A program made the translations under genes and the position numbers. From contig CAIOFV010000159.1 in NCBI GenBank assembly GCA_903857665.1, positions 1,894 through 65,893 of the forward strand: a stretch of 64,000 bases of DNA, given 5' to 3'. This document shows positions 19,339 to 29,076 of the stretch, one piece after another. Source of the stretch: an uncultured Myxococcales bacterium (lineage in GTDB: Bacteria; Myxococcota_A; UBA9042; DTJE01). Below the pieces are notes generated by a model, which was not told the DNA's origin, did not search any database, and saw only the letters and a program-made list of their open reading frames with translations. Positions within the stretch are counted from its first letter, which is position 1, and every line of letters starts with the position of its first letter.

Positions 19339-20178
19339 ATGAAGATCACGTTCATCGGTCACCTGTGCCGGGACATCAACATCATCGACGGCGCTTCCCA
19401 CGCCATGTTCGGGGGGGGCGTCTTCCACAACGGCATGACCGCGAAAGGCCTCGGGGCGAGGCCCACGATCCTGACTCGCTGCGCCGATGCCGATGCCGTG
19501 CCCATGACCCGGGACCTGGTCGCGGCCGGGGTGGAGGTCCGCGTGCGGCCCTCCGTGGCCACGACGTCCATCGAGAACCTGTACCCCGACAGCCACCCGG
19601 ACCACCGCGTCTCAACGCTGCTGGCCCGGGGCGGGCCCTTCGAAACCACCGACGTGGACGCGATCCAGGCGGACGCGGTGCACGTGAACCCGCTGTGGTA
19701 CGGCGAGTTCCCGGTCGATCTGCTGCCGGCGCTGCGGGCCCGCGTGTCGCTGTTGGGTGCCGACGCGCAAGGGTTCCTGCGAACCGCCGACACCAACGGA
19801 CGGCTGGTCCTGAGGGACTGGGCGGACAAGGGTCGGTGGATGCCCCTCTTCGACGTGTTCAAGGCGGACATCACGGAAGCCGAGATCCTCACCGGCACCC
19901 GCGAGATCCAGCCGGCGGCCCGCGCCCTGTACGCGCTGGGGGCCCGGGAGATCGTGCTGACCCACGGGGAGGGTGTCTGCGTGTTCGACGGGGGCACGTT
20001 CTTCGACGAGCCCTTCGGGACCTATTCCCTGTCCGGTCGCACGGGCCGCGGGGACACCTGCTCGGCCGCGTATCTGGTCGGACGCTCGAGGATGGGGGTC
20101 GGGGATGCGGCAACGTTCGCCGCCAAGATCACGTCGCTGAAACTGCAGTACCCGGGACCGTTCCGCGGATTCGGCTGA
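19339..20178 (+). CDS. PfkB-family carbohydrate kinase (candidate 5-dehydro-2-deoxygluconokinase)
   Basis: 279-aa ribokinase-like fold with the C-terminal GAGD-type motif (GRGDTCSAAYL). It is shorter than typical IolC, so the symbol is withheld. Confidence 0.7.
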   Translation: MKITFIGHLCRDINIIDGASHAMFGGGVFHNGMTAKGLGARPTILTRCADADAVPMTRDLVAAGVEVRVRPSVATTSIENLYPDSHPDHRVSTLLARGGPFETTDVDAIQADAVHVNPLWYGEFPVDLLPALRARVSLLGADAQGFLRTADTNGRLVLRDWADKGRWMPLFDVFKADITEAEILTGTREIQPAARALYALGAREIVLTHGEGVCVFDGGTFFDEPFGTYSLSGRTGRGDTCSAAYLVGRSRMGVGDAATFAAKITSLKLQYPGPFRGFG

Positions 20179-20258
20179 CCCGCGCACCGGCATCGACTTG
20201 CCCCGTCCTCGATCTGGTGTCAACCTTGTCGCACGTCGGGTTCGCAACCGTCCCTCGA

Positions 20259-21044
20259 ATGAAGGTTCGAATGCAACATCAATGGAGTGGCAGGGGGATC
20301 CCGGGCGCCGGGTTCGTCGTGACGGCATTTCTGTTCGCTGCGTGCGGCGGCGGGCAGCAGCACGCGTCGCCGGGCAGCGTCCTGTGCGAACCCTGCACGG
20401 ATTCGTACCAGTGCGCAGCCGGCCTGAGGTGCATCGACTGGCAGTGCGTGGTCGATCGGGGCACGTCCTGCCCGGACCTGAACCCTCCGGACGTCCTCGA
20501 TACCGGCGCGGTGGCCAGGGATCCAGGCGTGGACCCGGGAAACGCCGGACCTCCCGACGTCCCCGAGCGCGACCTGGCGGCCTTCGAGCCCACCTGGACC
20601 GACCCGACGTCGGGCCTGATGTGGGAGAATCCCCCCAGTCCATACGCCCTGTTGTGGCAGCCCGCGATCGACTACTGCCAGGCCCTGGGCCTGGCGGGGT
20701 TCACCGACTGGCGCCTTCCGACCATCAGCGAGCTGCGCACCCTGATCCGGGGCTGCCCGATCGAGGAGACCGGGGGCGGTTGCGCGGTCACCGACCAGTG
20801 CGCGTCGTGGCCCGGCTGCTGGAGCCAGGACTGCCAGGCCTGCAATCCAGGCCAGGTGCCGGCCAACGGCGGGTTCTGGCCCGAAGAAATGGCGGGCGAT
20901 CCCGGGATGTACTGGTCGTCCACGAACCGCTCCGACGACACTACGCAGGCGTGGGCGGTCGCCTTCAACGGCAGCTACATCCTGGCCCCGACCAAGGAAT
21001 GGGGGCTCTGGGAGCGTCGCTGCCTTCGGACCGTGGGACCGTGA
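20259..21044 (+). CDS. DUF1566 (Lcl C-terminal domain) lipoprotein
   Basis: Signal peptide/lipobox FLFAACGGG. MWENPPS...GFTDWRLPTISEL...YWSSTN...AWAVAFNGSY are the DUF1566 signatures. An alternative start at 20271 (MQHQ) is equally possible. Confidence 0.7.
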   Translation: MKVRMQHQWSGRGIPGAGFVVTAFLFAACGGGQQHASPGSVLCEPCTDSYQCAAGLRCIDWQCVVDRGTSCPDLNPPDVLDTGAVARDPGVDPGNAGPPDVPERDLAAFEPTWTDPTSGLMWENPPSPYALLWQPAIDYCQALGLAGFTDWRLPTISELRTLIRGCPIEETGGGCAVTDQCASWPGCWSQDCQACNPGQVPANGGFWPEEMAGDPGMYWSSTNRSDDTTQAWAVAFNGSYILAPTKEWGLWERRCLRTVGP

Positions 21045-21045
21045 C

Positions 21046-22602
21046 CTACCGGTGCGCGGACCCGCGCCCCCCGACCACCACGACGTGGTTCGTGATCGCC
21101 AGCAACTCGCCGTCCGCGGCCCACAACTCGACCCGGTAGCGACCCGGGGACCGGACCGTCCATTCGTGGCGGCATTCGAGCCGACGGGGCGGCTCCCACT
21201 GCGCTTCCAGGCGGCCGTCGCGAACCAGGCAGGCCAGCGCGGGCGTCGCATGGGGCCTCGCCAGATCCACGCGAATGGCGGCGGTCCCGCGCGGGGGCAG
21301 CACGACCGTGTCCCCGACATCGCCTTCGCCAACGTCGGTCCGGATCGACAGTTCCAGCGCGGCCCCCCGGGTCAGGAAGACGCGGCCCGCCCGGACCGCG
21401 GCCAGGATCCCCGCCTCGCTGCGGTCGTCGGTCCGCACCGCCGTGACCGGGAACACGACGTCCGCCGTGTCCTCGTGGGCCACGCCGTGCCAGTCCCTGG
21501 CCGCGATCGCAACAGGCTGCAACCCCGCATCCCACAAGCGATCCCACAGTCCCAGCGTCTTGACGATTTCCGCCCGGCGCTGCGCCCAGGCGCCGTACCA
21601 GACCTCGACCAGGTCGAAGCGGTCATACGGCACGCTGCCTTCCCGGAAACGGCACCCCACGCATACCGGTGCGCCGAAGTTGTTCGGGTGAGCCAAACTG
21701 ACCAGAGCCCCTGCCGCCCGCGCCGCGTCGATGGCGTCCACCGTCCGGACCCGCCGGCCCCGGTCTTGCCACGGGTGGCAGCGGTCGATGCCGTACAGGC
21801 AGAAATGGCCGTGGAACGTGGTCAGTTCCTCGCCCCGGATGCGGGTGACCGGCCCGTCCCGGAACTCCGCATGGCCGGACGTGACGTTGTGGTCGGTCAG
21901 CGCCACGAAGTCCAGGCCCATCGCCGAAGCCCGGCGGCCCTGCTCGTCCACCGTGTAATGCCCATCCGAGTGCACGGTGTGGCTGTGCATTTCCCCGTAC
22001 AGCACGCCGGGCAGTCGGGCGCGCTCGACCCGACGGGGCCGGGGCGCCGCGAGCCCGGGGCTCTTCGGACGCGCCGAGCGGGCCTCGGTGGGAGGCACGT
22101 CGTAGGCATCGATCTCCAGCCACGCCTCGGCCTCGTCGGTGAACACCTCCCAGACCTCGACCGCGGCCGTCCAGCGGCCCGCATCCAGCGCGTGGGGCGC
22201 GAAGCCGGGGCTGGCGAAATCGGCGCCCATCCACGCCGGCGGCGGGTCCTCGCGAGTGCCCAGGTCCCAGCGTCCCACCGAGGCGCCTCCGGGCTCGATC
22301 ACCAGCACGTTGAACAGGTTGCGGACGAAGCGCACGGTGCGGTCCAGGTCCCGCGCTTGGAAGAGCCGTTCCTCCTCGCCGGGGACGTCGAAGGGGGTGC
22401 CCCGAAGGTAGTCCTGCGCGGCCGCTTGCACGGCGATACGGTTGCGTTCGCGGTCGCGACTGCCCAGCGGCGAATACCGGAACCGAACCGCGAGGGCGGT
22501 GGTGCCCGGGGGGATGTCGAAGTCCAGGGGTACCAGAGTTCCGGAGTCGCCGGGGTGGAACCGGCCGTGCCAGGAAAGGATCACGCTGCCGCCTTCGCCC
22601 AC
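21046..22602 (-). CDS. PHP-domain metal-dependent phosphoesterase (CehA/McbA-like)
   Basis: PHP motifs GEMHSHTVHSDGHYT, ALTDHN, SLAHPN. GTG start at 22602 lies 6 nt after GGAGGG and coincides with the onset of GC3 bias. The upstream 74 codons of the 22824 ORF are Arg/Pro-rich with poor GC3. Confidence 0.65.
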   Translation of the reverse strand: MGEGGSVILSWHGRFHPGDSGTLVPLDFDIPPGTTALAVRFRYSPLGSRDRERNRIAVQAAAQDYLRGTPFDVPGEEERLFQARDLDRTVRFVRNLFNVLVIEPGGASVGRWDLGTREDPPPAWMGADFASPGFAPHALDAGRWTAAVEVWEVFTDEAEAWLEIDAYDVPPTEARSARPKSPGLAAPRPRRVERARLPGVLYGEMHSHTVHSDGHYTVDEQGRRASAMGLDFVALTDHNVTSGHAEFRDGPVTRIRGEELTTFHGHFCLYGIDRCHPWQDRGRRVRTVDAIDAARAAGALVSLAHPNNFGAPVCVGCRFREGSVPYDRFDLVEVWYGAWAQRRAEIVKTLGLWDRLWDAGLQPVAIAARDWHGVAHEDTADVVFPVTAVRTDDRSEAGILAAVRAGRVFLTRGAALELSIRTDVGEGDVGDTVVLPPRGTAAIRVDLARPHATPALACLVRDGRLEAQWEPPRRLECRHEWTVRSPGRYRVELWAADGELLAITNHVVVVGGRGSAHR

Positions 22603-22708
22603 GCCTTCCCTCCGCGCGTCAGCAGGCACGTCCAGATGCGCGCCAACCGGATTCAGCGCCCACGCCGATGCCGGCGGGCTTCGGCGCGGAACGCCCGCCC
22701 CCCCCGCC

Positions 22709-25700
22709 TCACCGGCAGATGCACGGCATCCGTTCGGCCGGGTAGCCCGGCGGGTAGTTGCAGGCCCAGGCCGGCGCCGGGCCGGCGATGGGCGTGATGC
22801 GGCAGCCCTTCGCGTCCACGCCATCGACGTCCAGGAACACCGGGTTCGTCACGGCGAACGGGAACTGCGGGTAGTACACGGGCACCCGCGGCGACACGAT
22901 GTAGGCCGGCAGCGCCAGCGGCAGCGAGCCGAGCATGCTGCTGAACAGGTCGCCCAGGTATACCGGCGGCAATTCCGACGACCCGTAGACCGGGTTCATG
23001 GCCTTGCCCTTCACGCCCATCGCGAAGACCACGAACCAGGAATCCTGGCCCGGCGAAACGTCCACCGTCGCGTCCAGCGCGACCACGCCGTGGCTGGGGA
23101 CCGCGATGCGGAACTTCGGGTCGGCGGCGTCCACGTCCCATACGTACTCCAGCACGCCGTTGCGGAGCACCTCGACACGGCTCACGTCGAACCAGGACGG
23201 CTTCTGCACGCGGACCCGCAGTGGCACCGACGTCCGGCCGTCCAGCACTGCGGTCTCGCCGGGTCCCTTGCCATCGACGCTCACATCGACGAACGGCCCC
23301 CAGGTCGCGAAGGAATTGCCCCGGCGGTAGGCATGGATCAGGTCGTGTGCGTCGATGGCCGCCGGGTCGTCGGTGGGCACGCGGACGTAGTTCCGCAGGC
23401 AGCCGATTTCGTAATTGGCGATCCCGTGGACGTCGCTGCCACCCACGCCGGGCTTGAAGATGCCGTAGTCCAGCATCCGAAGCCAGTCTTCCGTCATGCC
23501 CTTCACCGAATCGCACGGCATGCCCGGAGGCAGCGAACAGTAGGCATCCAGGCAGTCGTACCCGGCATCGCAGTCGCCGACGGTCGCGCACGGCTTCTTG
23601 CACAGGTTCAGGCCGGGGCTGCACTTCTTCCCGTCCTTGCAGTCCGCGTCGGCGGCGCAACTGGAGGGCATCGAGCAGCTCGCCGTCGGCACGAAGGAAT
23701 GCAGGGCTTCCTGCTCGGCCGGCGTCCGGGTCAGCATCTCCCGCAGGATCTCGCGGCTGGGGGGGGCCATCCGGGCCAGCAGCTTTTCGCGGGGCAGTTC
23801 CTGCACCGAAGCCAGGACCTTCCGCTCCAACACGTTGTAGCGCTCGACCTCGTCGTAGGTGGGCATGCGCGTGATGTCCAGGCGCTTCGAGTTCAGCACC
23901 TCGACGAGGTCGTATTCCTGGGCGAAGTTGGCAGGAACCAGCAGGGGCGTCGACTTCTGGATGCTGCCCGGGTTCAGGGTCAGGTCGAAGGGGCTCTGGC
24001 TGTAGACGTCGTAGTAGCTGGACATGCCGCCGCGCGGGTGCGGGATCGTGACCAGCGTGTCGTCCGCCCCGAACAGCCCCCTCGACCGCATCCAGGCGAA
24101 GATCTCGCGCGGGGTCTTGCCGGTCCAGTTCAGCGCGCCGCCGGCGGACTGGTCGGCGGCCCATTTCAGGGGCCAGCCGATCAGGTGCGAGATGTCGAGG
24201 GTCGTCACCTCTTCGCCGGGCAGCGTCAGCACCCGGTTCTCGAGGTGCATCTGGCGCGCCAGGGGCACCGGGTTGGTGATGAAGTCGTGGTCGGTGATGG
24301 CCATGACATCCAGCCCGTCGGCGACGGCGGTAGTGAGGCGATCGCCCAGCTTCGTCGCAGCGTCCGAGGATCCGGCGGTGTGGACGTGCTGGTCCACGGA
24401 CGCCCAGCCCCGGGTGTCCACGACGCGGGGCACGTACGCCCCAATGTATTCGGTCCGGCCCGGCGACAGGACCACTTCGCGACTGTCGATTTCGCTCTCG
24501 AAGCCGTGGCTGAAGACGACGTCGTACCGTCCCGGCGGCAGGATGATTTCGCCTGTGCCGTCCGCGGACATCGCCATCGCGGCCTTGCGGTCGCTCATGT
24601 AGCCGTCCCCCAGTTCCTCCCGGGGCTCGCCGGCCATCAGCCGGGAGGCGCAGGCGCAGTGCCCGTCGGTGCAGGTCTCGTCGGCGTCACACTCCCCGTC
24701 CGACGCGCACGTCGGCGGGCGGCACTGGAACTCGGCGTCGCACGGCTGACCCTCGGGGCAGTCCGCGGAGGTGTGGCATTCGGGGAAGCAGTGGCCCACC
24801 GTGACGCGCACCCCGACGGGCCGCCCCGCCTCGTCCAGCGCGCGGTAGGTCAGGCGGCCCGCCTCGGGCAGCGACAGCGCAACCCGCGTGGTCCGCCCCT
24901 CGGAAACAACCACGCGCGCCGGCGCAGACAACGGTCCCTTGCCGATTCGCGCCACCAGCCAGTAGGCCCCGGGGATCAGGGACCCGTTGAACCGGCCTTC
25001 CGGGCGGGACTCGGCTGCCGCGTCGGTGCGGAACTGGGTGGCCATCAGGCTCCGGCCATCGGGATTGCCCGGTTCCCGGGTGCACTCGCGGGCGGCCGCC
25101 ACGAGGTCCTCGTAGGTCGGGAAACTGCCGCAGACCGCGGGCACCTGGATGCAGTTCGCGGGGTCGCAGGGATCGGCGATGGCGTAGACGTCGGCCCGGG
25201 TGACCGGGTGGGCGGTCTTGCCGTCCATCACCAGTCCGGACAACTCGCCCGTCTTCGTCCCGCGCAGCTCGTGGATGGCGCGGCTGGCCGACGCGATGTC
25301 CCCCTCGCCAACGGACAGGTACCGGGTGAACTGCACGAACGGCACGTCGTCGCAGGTCGCGTCGTCGGAGGAGTCCTGCAGGCAGTTCAGCCCGTGCGTC
25401 ACGGACCCCGTCAGCGACTCGGTCGCGAACGGGAACAGCACCGCGCCTTCCTTCGAGAAGTAGCCGTAGCTGACCCCGTCGCCGGTGCCGCACAGGAAGT
25501 CGAAGGACAGCGGCGACTTGAGGGCGTTGCGTCCCCGCAGGAAGCCCAGGCGGTACTGCGCGTCGATTTCGAACCCGATCCCGGGGGCGAACGACATCAG
25601 GCTGGACCCGAACAGAGCCATGTCGCCCGCCACGTACCCCGGCTTTCGGTCCAGCGGGACGTCCTCGCCGGCCAGCGCGTTCAGGAGGCCTCCGGACAGG

Positions 25701-26539
25701 ACGTCCAGCAGATCGGTGCCGGGCGCCAGGGCGTTCATCTGGACCGCGCGCGCCAGGCACAGCCCGGACGGCGGGTCGCAGATCGCCGCGCCCGCGCACT
25801 GGCCCGCGGCGTCGCACCGGGGCAGGCAGCCGCCGTAGAAGGCGTCACAGGCAGAACCGTCCGGGCAGGGATGCCGGTCGCACCAGCCGGTGCAGGCGGG
25901 GTCCAGGGCGCAGTCGTCGTCGTCGCAATCGACGGCCCCGTCGCCGTCGTCGTCGGCCTGGTCGGTGCAGTTCGTTTCGGAAACGGCCTTGAAGGTGGTC
26001 GTCATGCGGATGTACGACGCGTCCTTCGGCAGTTCGTAGTCGGTCCGCAGCACGACGTGCGTGACGACGCCCAGCATGTTGGCCTGGTCCATCAGGTTCA
26101 GCAGGGACAGCACCCGGTCGCCGCGCCCGGTCACGCGCACGACCGCCGTGGACCCGTCCGGCGCGGTGAACGCCTCGACCTGCCCCTGTTCGGGATGGGG
26201 GACCTGCAGGTTCGCGAACGGCAGCAGCAGGTAGAACTGGTCCAGGCCGTGACCGGCCCGGTACTGCTCCCAGGGCCGCACCAGGTCCGCATCGACCAGC
26301 GCGCCGCCCCAGAGGGCCGGGCTGGCAGCGTGGCCCGCGTCCAGGATCACGGCGCGAATATGCGAATTCTGCAGCACCCAGTCGCCGACGTCGCCGTACT
26401 GCTTGATGCCGCCGGGCAGTTCGGACCGGGACTCGATGCGCCGAGCCGTCGAGGGCGGATTGACGTCGGCGCACCCGGAAGCCAGGAACCCGGCGATCGC
26501 CAGCAGTAGCACCCTCGGAACCCAGGCAGACGCACGCAT
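22709..26539 (-). CDS. giant (1277 aa) PHP-domain lipoprotein with Cys-rich and MopE-like inserts
   Basis: ATG at 26539 (MRASAWVPRVLLLAIAGFLASGCAD; lipobox) overlaps the upstream porin stop (cTGATGc). PHP motifs VDQHVHTAGSSD, AITDHDF, GGSDVHG. Cys-rich modules CTDQADDDGDGAVDCDDDDC and CAADADCKDGKKC. The 1740-aa track ORF extends upstream through the porin gene in another frame and is an artefact. Confidence 0.75.
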   Translation of the reverse strand: MRASAWVPRVLLLAIAGFLASGCADVNPPSTARRIESRSELPGGIKQYGDVGDWVLQNSHIRAVILDAGHAASPALWGGALVDADLVRPWEQYRAGHGLDQFYLLLPFANLQVPHPEQGQVEAFTAPDGSTAVVRVTGRGDRVLSLLNLMDQANMLGVVTHVVLRTDYELPKDASYIRMTTTFKAVSETNCTDQADDDGDGAVDCDDDDCALDPACTGWCDRHPCPDGSACDAFYGGCLPRCDAAGQCAGAAICDPPSGLCLARAVQMNALAPGTDLLDVLSGGLLNALAGEDVPLDRKPGYVAGDMALFGSSLMSFAPGIGFEIDAQYRLGFLRGRNALKSPLSFDFLCGTGDGVSYGYFSKEGAVLFPFATESLTGSVTHGLNCLQDSSDDATCDDVPFVQFTRYLSVGEGDIASASRAIHELRGTKTGELSGLVMDGKTAHPVTRADVYAIADPCDPANCIQVPAVCGSFPTYEDLVAAARECTREPGNPDGRSLMATQFRTDAAAESRPEGRFNGSLIPGAYWLVARIGKGPLSAPARVVVSEGRTTRVALSLPEAGRLTYRALDEAGRPVGVRVTVGHCFPECHTSADCPEGQPCDAEFQCRPPTCASDGECDADETCTDGHCACASRLMAGEPREELGDGYMSDRKAAMAMSADGTGEIILPPGRYDVVFSHGFESEIDSREVVLSPGRTEYIGAYVPRVVDTRGWASVDQHVHTAGSSDAATKLGDRLTTAVADGLDVMAITDHDFITNPVPLARQMHLENRVLTLPGEEVTTLDISHLIGWPLKWAADQSAGGALNWTGKTPREIFAWMRSRGLFGADDTLVTIPHPRGGMSSYYDVYSQSPFDLTLNPGSIQKSTPLLVPANFAQEYDLVEVLNSKRLDITRMPTYDEVERYNVLERKVLASVQELPREKLLARMAPPSREILREMLTRTPAEQEALHSFVPTASCSMPSSCAADADCKDGKKCSPGLNLCKKPCATVGDCDAGYDCLDAYCSLPPGMPCDSVKGMTEDWLRMLDYGIFKPGVGGSDVHGIANYEIGCLRNYVRVPTDDPAAIDAHDLIHAYRRGNSFATWGPFVDVSVDGKGPGETAVLDGRTSVPLRVRVQKPSWFDVSRVEVLRNGVLEYVWDVDAADPKFRIAVPSHGVVALDATVDVSPGQDSWFVVFAMGVKGKAMNPVYGSSELPPVYLGDLFSSMLGSLPLALPAYIVSPRVPVYYPQFPFAVTNPVFLDVDGVDAKGCRITPIAGPAPAWACNYPPGYPAERMPCICR

Positions 26540-27864
26540 CACAGGTTCACCTGGAACTGGAGGAAGAGCACGTCGTTCTTCAGTTCGGGGACCTTCCGTT
26601 CGCCCCGATGCTGGTAGTTCAGCTGCGCCTTCAGGTAGCCGTCCAGCAGGTACACGTTGATGCCGCCGGTGGCCAGCCACATGTCGCCCGCGTCGGACAC
26701 GTGGCGGTGGTCGTCGTACCACTCGTAGCGGGCCGCCAGTTCCAGCAGGCGCGGCACGACGAAGTAGCCGGCCTGGGCATAGAAGGCCAGGCGGTCCGTC
26801 GTGGACGGCAGCGACGTCGGCGCCACCGGCGCGTTCATCGGTTCGCGGCGATCCCAGATCACCTCGCCCATCAGGCTCAGTCCGCGCCACTTCAGGGCCA
26901 CGTCGGCGCTGGCCGCGTGGGTCCGGATCGACGCGTCCTCGCTGTAGTAGTAGTCGCCGCCGACCGCGAACCGGATCGGGGACTGCTCGTAGTCGGATTC
27001 GCCCGGGGCCATGCGGCCCAGCGGCGCGACCTGAAGGCGCGCGGCGTACAGGAACCCGCGATCCAGCGGCCCCAGGCCGTAGCGCCCCGGCTGGCCGTTG
27101 TAGATGCCCGTCGCGTACTCGAGGATGCCGCCCGCCAGGGTCCCCAGCGCCGCGAAGCCCAGCTGGGAGCCCGGCACGATGCGCTGGATCGACATCGGGC
27201 GCTCGATCATCTGCAGGCGCGACGAGGACGTGTAGGCGCCGCGCGAGAAGGGCAACGGGGCCGTGCCGAGCGCCAGGTTCAGGAAGCTGAACGGCTTGTA
27301 CAGCAGCGTGGCCGTGGACAGCGTGGTCCCGCCGGACTCCTGGTCCTTCACGTCGATGACCAGGCTGATGCCCAACTGGTCCCGGTACGAACCATAGAAG
27401 CCGACGCGGGCGCGCCGCAGCCGGAACCCCTCGGCGCTGGCCGGGTCGCCGTTGTCCACCAGCGCGTCCTTCTGGACGTAAGTCGCCACCTGGGCCTGGA
27501 CCAGCAGGTTCACCGCGAGGGAGGTCCGGTTGTCCCAGTCCAGACGGAACGCCTCGTGCCCCTTGTTCGGGTGCTCGTAGATTTCGCGGACTGCGTCTGA
27601 TTCGGGCTTCGGGGAAGCGGCCGGCGACGGCGCGGCGGCGGCCAATTGCGCAGGCTGCGCGACGGGGGCAGACTGTGCGACCGGGGCGGGAAGCGCGACC
27701 GGGGCGGGAAGCGCTGCGGCGGTCGCGGGCGACTCGGGCGCCGCCCGGGCCGGAGTCGGGATCGCGGACGGCGTGGCCTCGGCGGAAGGCGGAGGCACCT
27801 GGGCCAGCGCCCCGCCGGCGTACAGCAGGATGAGCCCCGCGATGAATGGCCGTGTCCCGAGCAT
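26539..27864 (-). CDS. outer-membrane beta-barrel porin, phosphate-selective porin O/P-like
   Basis: ATG at 27864 lies 5 nt after GGGGAGG. Signal peptide MLGTRPFIAGLILLYAGGALA-QV. Ala/Pro-rich linker. Amphipathic beta-strands including FRLRRARVGFYGSY and a C-terminal aromatic-rich strand (LFLQFQVNL). Family assignment is by motif resemblance only. Confidence 0.55.
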   Translation of the reverse strand: MLGTRPFIAGLILLYAGGALAQVPPPSAEATPSAIPTPARAAPESPATAAALPAPVALPAPVAQSAPVAQPAQLAAAAPSPAASPKPESDAVREIYEHPNKGHEAFRLDWDNRTSLAVNLLVQAQVATYVQKDALVDNGDPASAEGFRLRRARVGFYGSYRDQLGISLVIDVKDQESGGTTLSTATLLYKPFSFLNLALGTAPLPFSRGAYTSSSRLQMIERPMSIQRIVPGSQLGFAALGTLAGGILEYATGIYNGQPGRYGLGPLDRGFLYAARLQVAPLGRMAPGESDYEQSPIRFAVGGDYYYSEDASIRTHAASADVALKWRGLSLMGEVIWDRREPMNAPVAPTSLPSTTDRLAFYAQAGYFVVPRLLELAARYEWYDDHRHVSDAGDMWLATGGINVYLLDGYLKAQLNYQHRGERKVPELKNDVLFLQFQVNL

Positions 27865-28034
27865 GATGCCTCCCCGCCCTTGCGGCCGCTTTGCCGCCGC
27901 GATGATAGCCGATCGAAATGGGCGATTCCACGATTTCCGAAAACGTTTGCTAAACGATTTCACCGCCTGGGATGGGCTTGATCGGGTGGCGGGCATCTGC
28001 CACCATCACCCGGTCTGGCGAAGGTGCCGAAGCG

Positions 28035-29060
28035 ATGACCATCCGCGGGGCCGGGCTGATGCGAACGATGCTGTTCGTGGCCTTTTCGGGAACCCTGTCG
28101 TTGGCAGCGTGCGGGACTTCGACCGGTGCGCTGGACGCGGCCCCGGACCTCCACCAGGACGTGGCGCCCGACGCGATCGCCGACCCGGACGTCGCCTCCG
28201 ACGCACTCCCGGACGTCGCGCCCGATGCCGCTCCCGACACGTTCGCGGACCCGGACGTCGTGACGGGCCCGATGCAGCTGGTCGTGATGACCTTCAACCT
28301 CCGCAACACCTGGGGGCAGGACGGCGTCAACATCTGGGACAACCGCCTTCCGCTGGCCCTGAAGGTGATCCACGACGCCGCGCCGGACGTCCTGGGGACG
28401 CAGGAGGCGATCTTCAACCAGGTCGACGACCTCGCGGCGGGCATGCCGGGCTACGACCACGTGGGCCGGATCCGCACGGAAAGCCCGCTGGACGAGGCCA
28501 ATACGATCTTCTATCGGGCCGACCGGTTCGAGCACATCGCAGACGATTCGTTCCAGTTGAGCGACACGCCGGACGAGATCGGTTCGATGTTCTCCGCCAA
28601 CCAGAACTGCGCCCGGATCGTCACGTGGGTCCACCTGCGGGAGCAGTCCAGCGGCCGCGAGTTCGTCGCCTTCAACACCCACTTCGACACCGAATCCGTC
28701 GATGACATCCAGGTGCGCAGCGCGGCGCTGACGATCACCCAGATGGCGACGATCCGGGCGGGGCTGCCCGCCTTCCTGTCCGGCGACTTCAATTCCACGC
28801 CGGGCTCGGATCCCTGGAAGGTGCTGACGGGCGAAAAAACCTGGAACGGCGTGACCGGCGACCTGATCGATCCCTGGGCCGAGCTGCACTTGCTGGAGCA
28901 GGGTACATCCAGCGGGTTCACCGACACGGCGACACGGCGGATCGACAACGTCTTCCACGTCCCCGGCGTGCGGGCGACCCGCGGGACCGTGATCCAGTAC
29001 CACGAGGGCGACGTCTTCACGTCGGACCACTTCCAGGTGGTGGTCGGCCTGGAATTCTGA
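28035..29060 (+). CDS. endonuclease/exonuclease/phosphatase (EEP)-family lipoprotein
   Basis: MTIRGAGLMRTMLFVAFSGTLSLAACG gives a lipobox, followed by an acidic PD-rich linker. EEP motifs NTWGQDG, GTQEA, FNTHFD, GDFNS, TSDHFQV. Confidence 0.75.
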   Translation: MTIRGAGLMRTMLFVAFSGTLSLAACGTSTGALDAAPDLHQDVAPDAIADPDVASDALPDVAPDAAPDTFADPDVVTGPMQLVVMTFNLRNTWGQDGVNIWDNRLPLALKVIHDAAPDVLGTQEAIFNQVDDLAAGMPGYDHVGRIRTESPLDEANTIFYRADRFEHIADDSFQLSDTPDEIGSMFSANQNCARIVTWVHLREQSSGREFVAFNTHFDTESVDDIQVRSAALTITQMATIRAGLPAFLSGDFNSTPGSDPWKVLTGEKTWNGVTGDLIDPWAELHLLEQGTSSGFTDTATRRIDNVFHVPGVRATRGTVIQYHEGDVFTSDHFQVVVGLEF

Positions 29061-29076
29061 TCGGGGAGGCGGCTTC

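Noticed and set aside
19339-20178. Calling the PfkB kinase iolC outright.
   Set aside because: It is only 279 aa, shorter than characterised IolC. Family membership is clear, but orthology is not.
22603-22824. Upstream extensions of several track ORFs to the first in-frame start. Examples: 21046..22824, 33991..36309, 36329..37876, 40959..42662, 5896..8613, 73..1953, 59574..62180.
   Set aside because: The chosen starts have an RBS or lipobox or Tat signal and coincide with the onset of GC3 bias. The extensions are Arg/Pro-rich with poor codon bias.
26540-27931. N-terminal 464 codons of the 1740-aa ORF 22709..27931, running through the porin gene in another frame of the same strand.
   Set aside because: The real start is the lipoprotein ATG at 26539, coupled to the porin stop. 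The upstream portion is Arg-rich nonsense.
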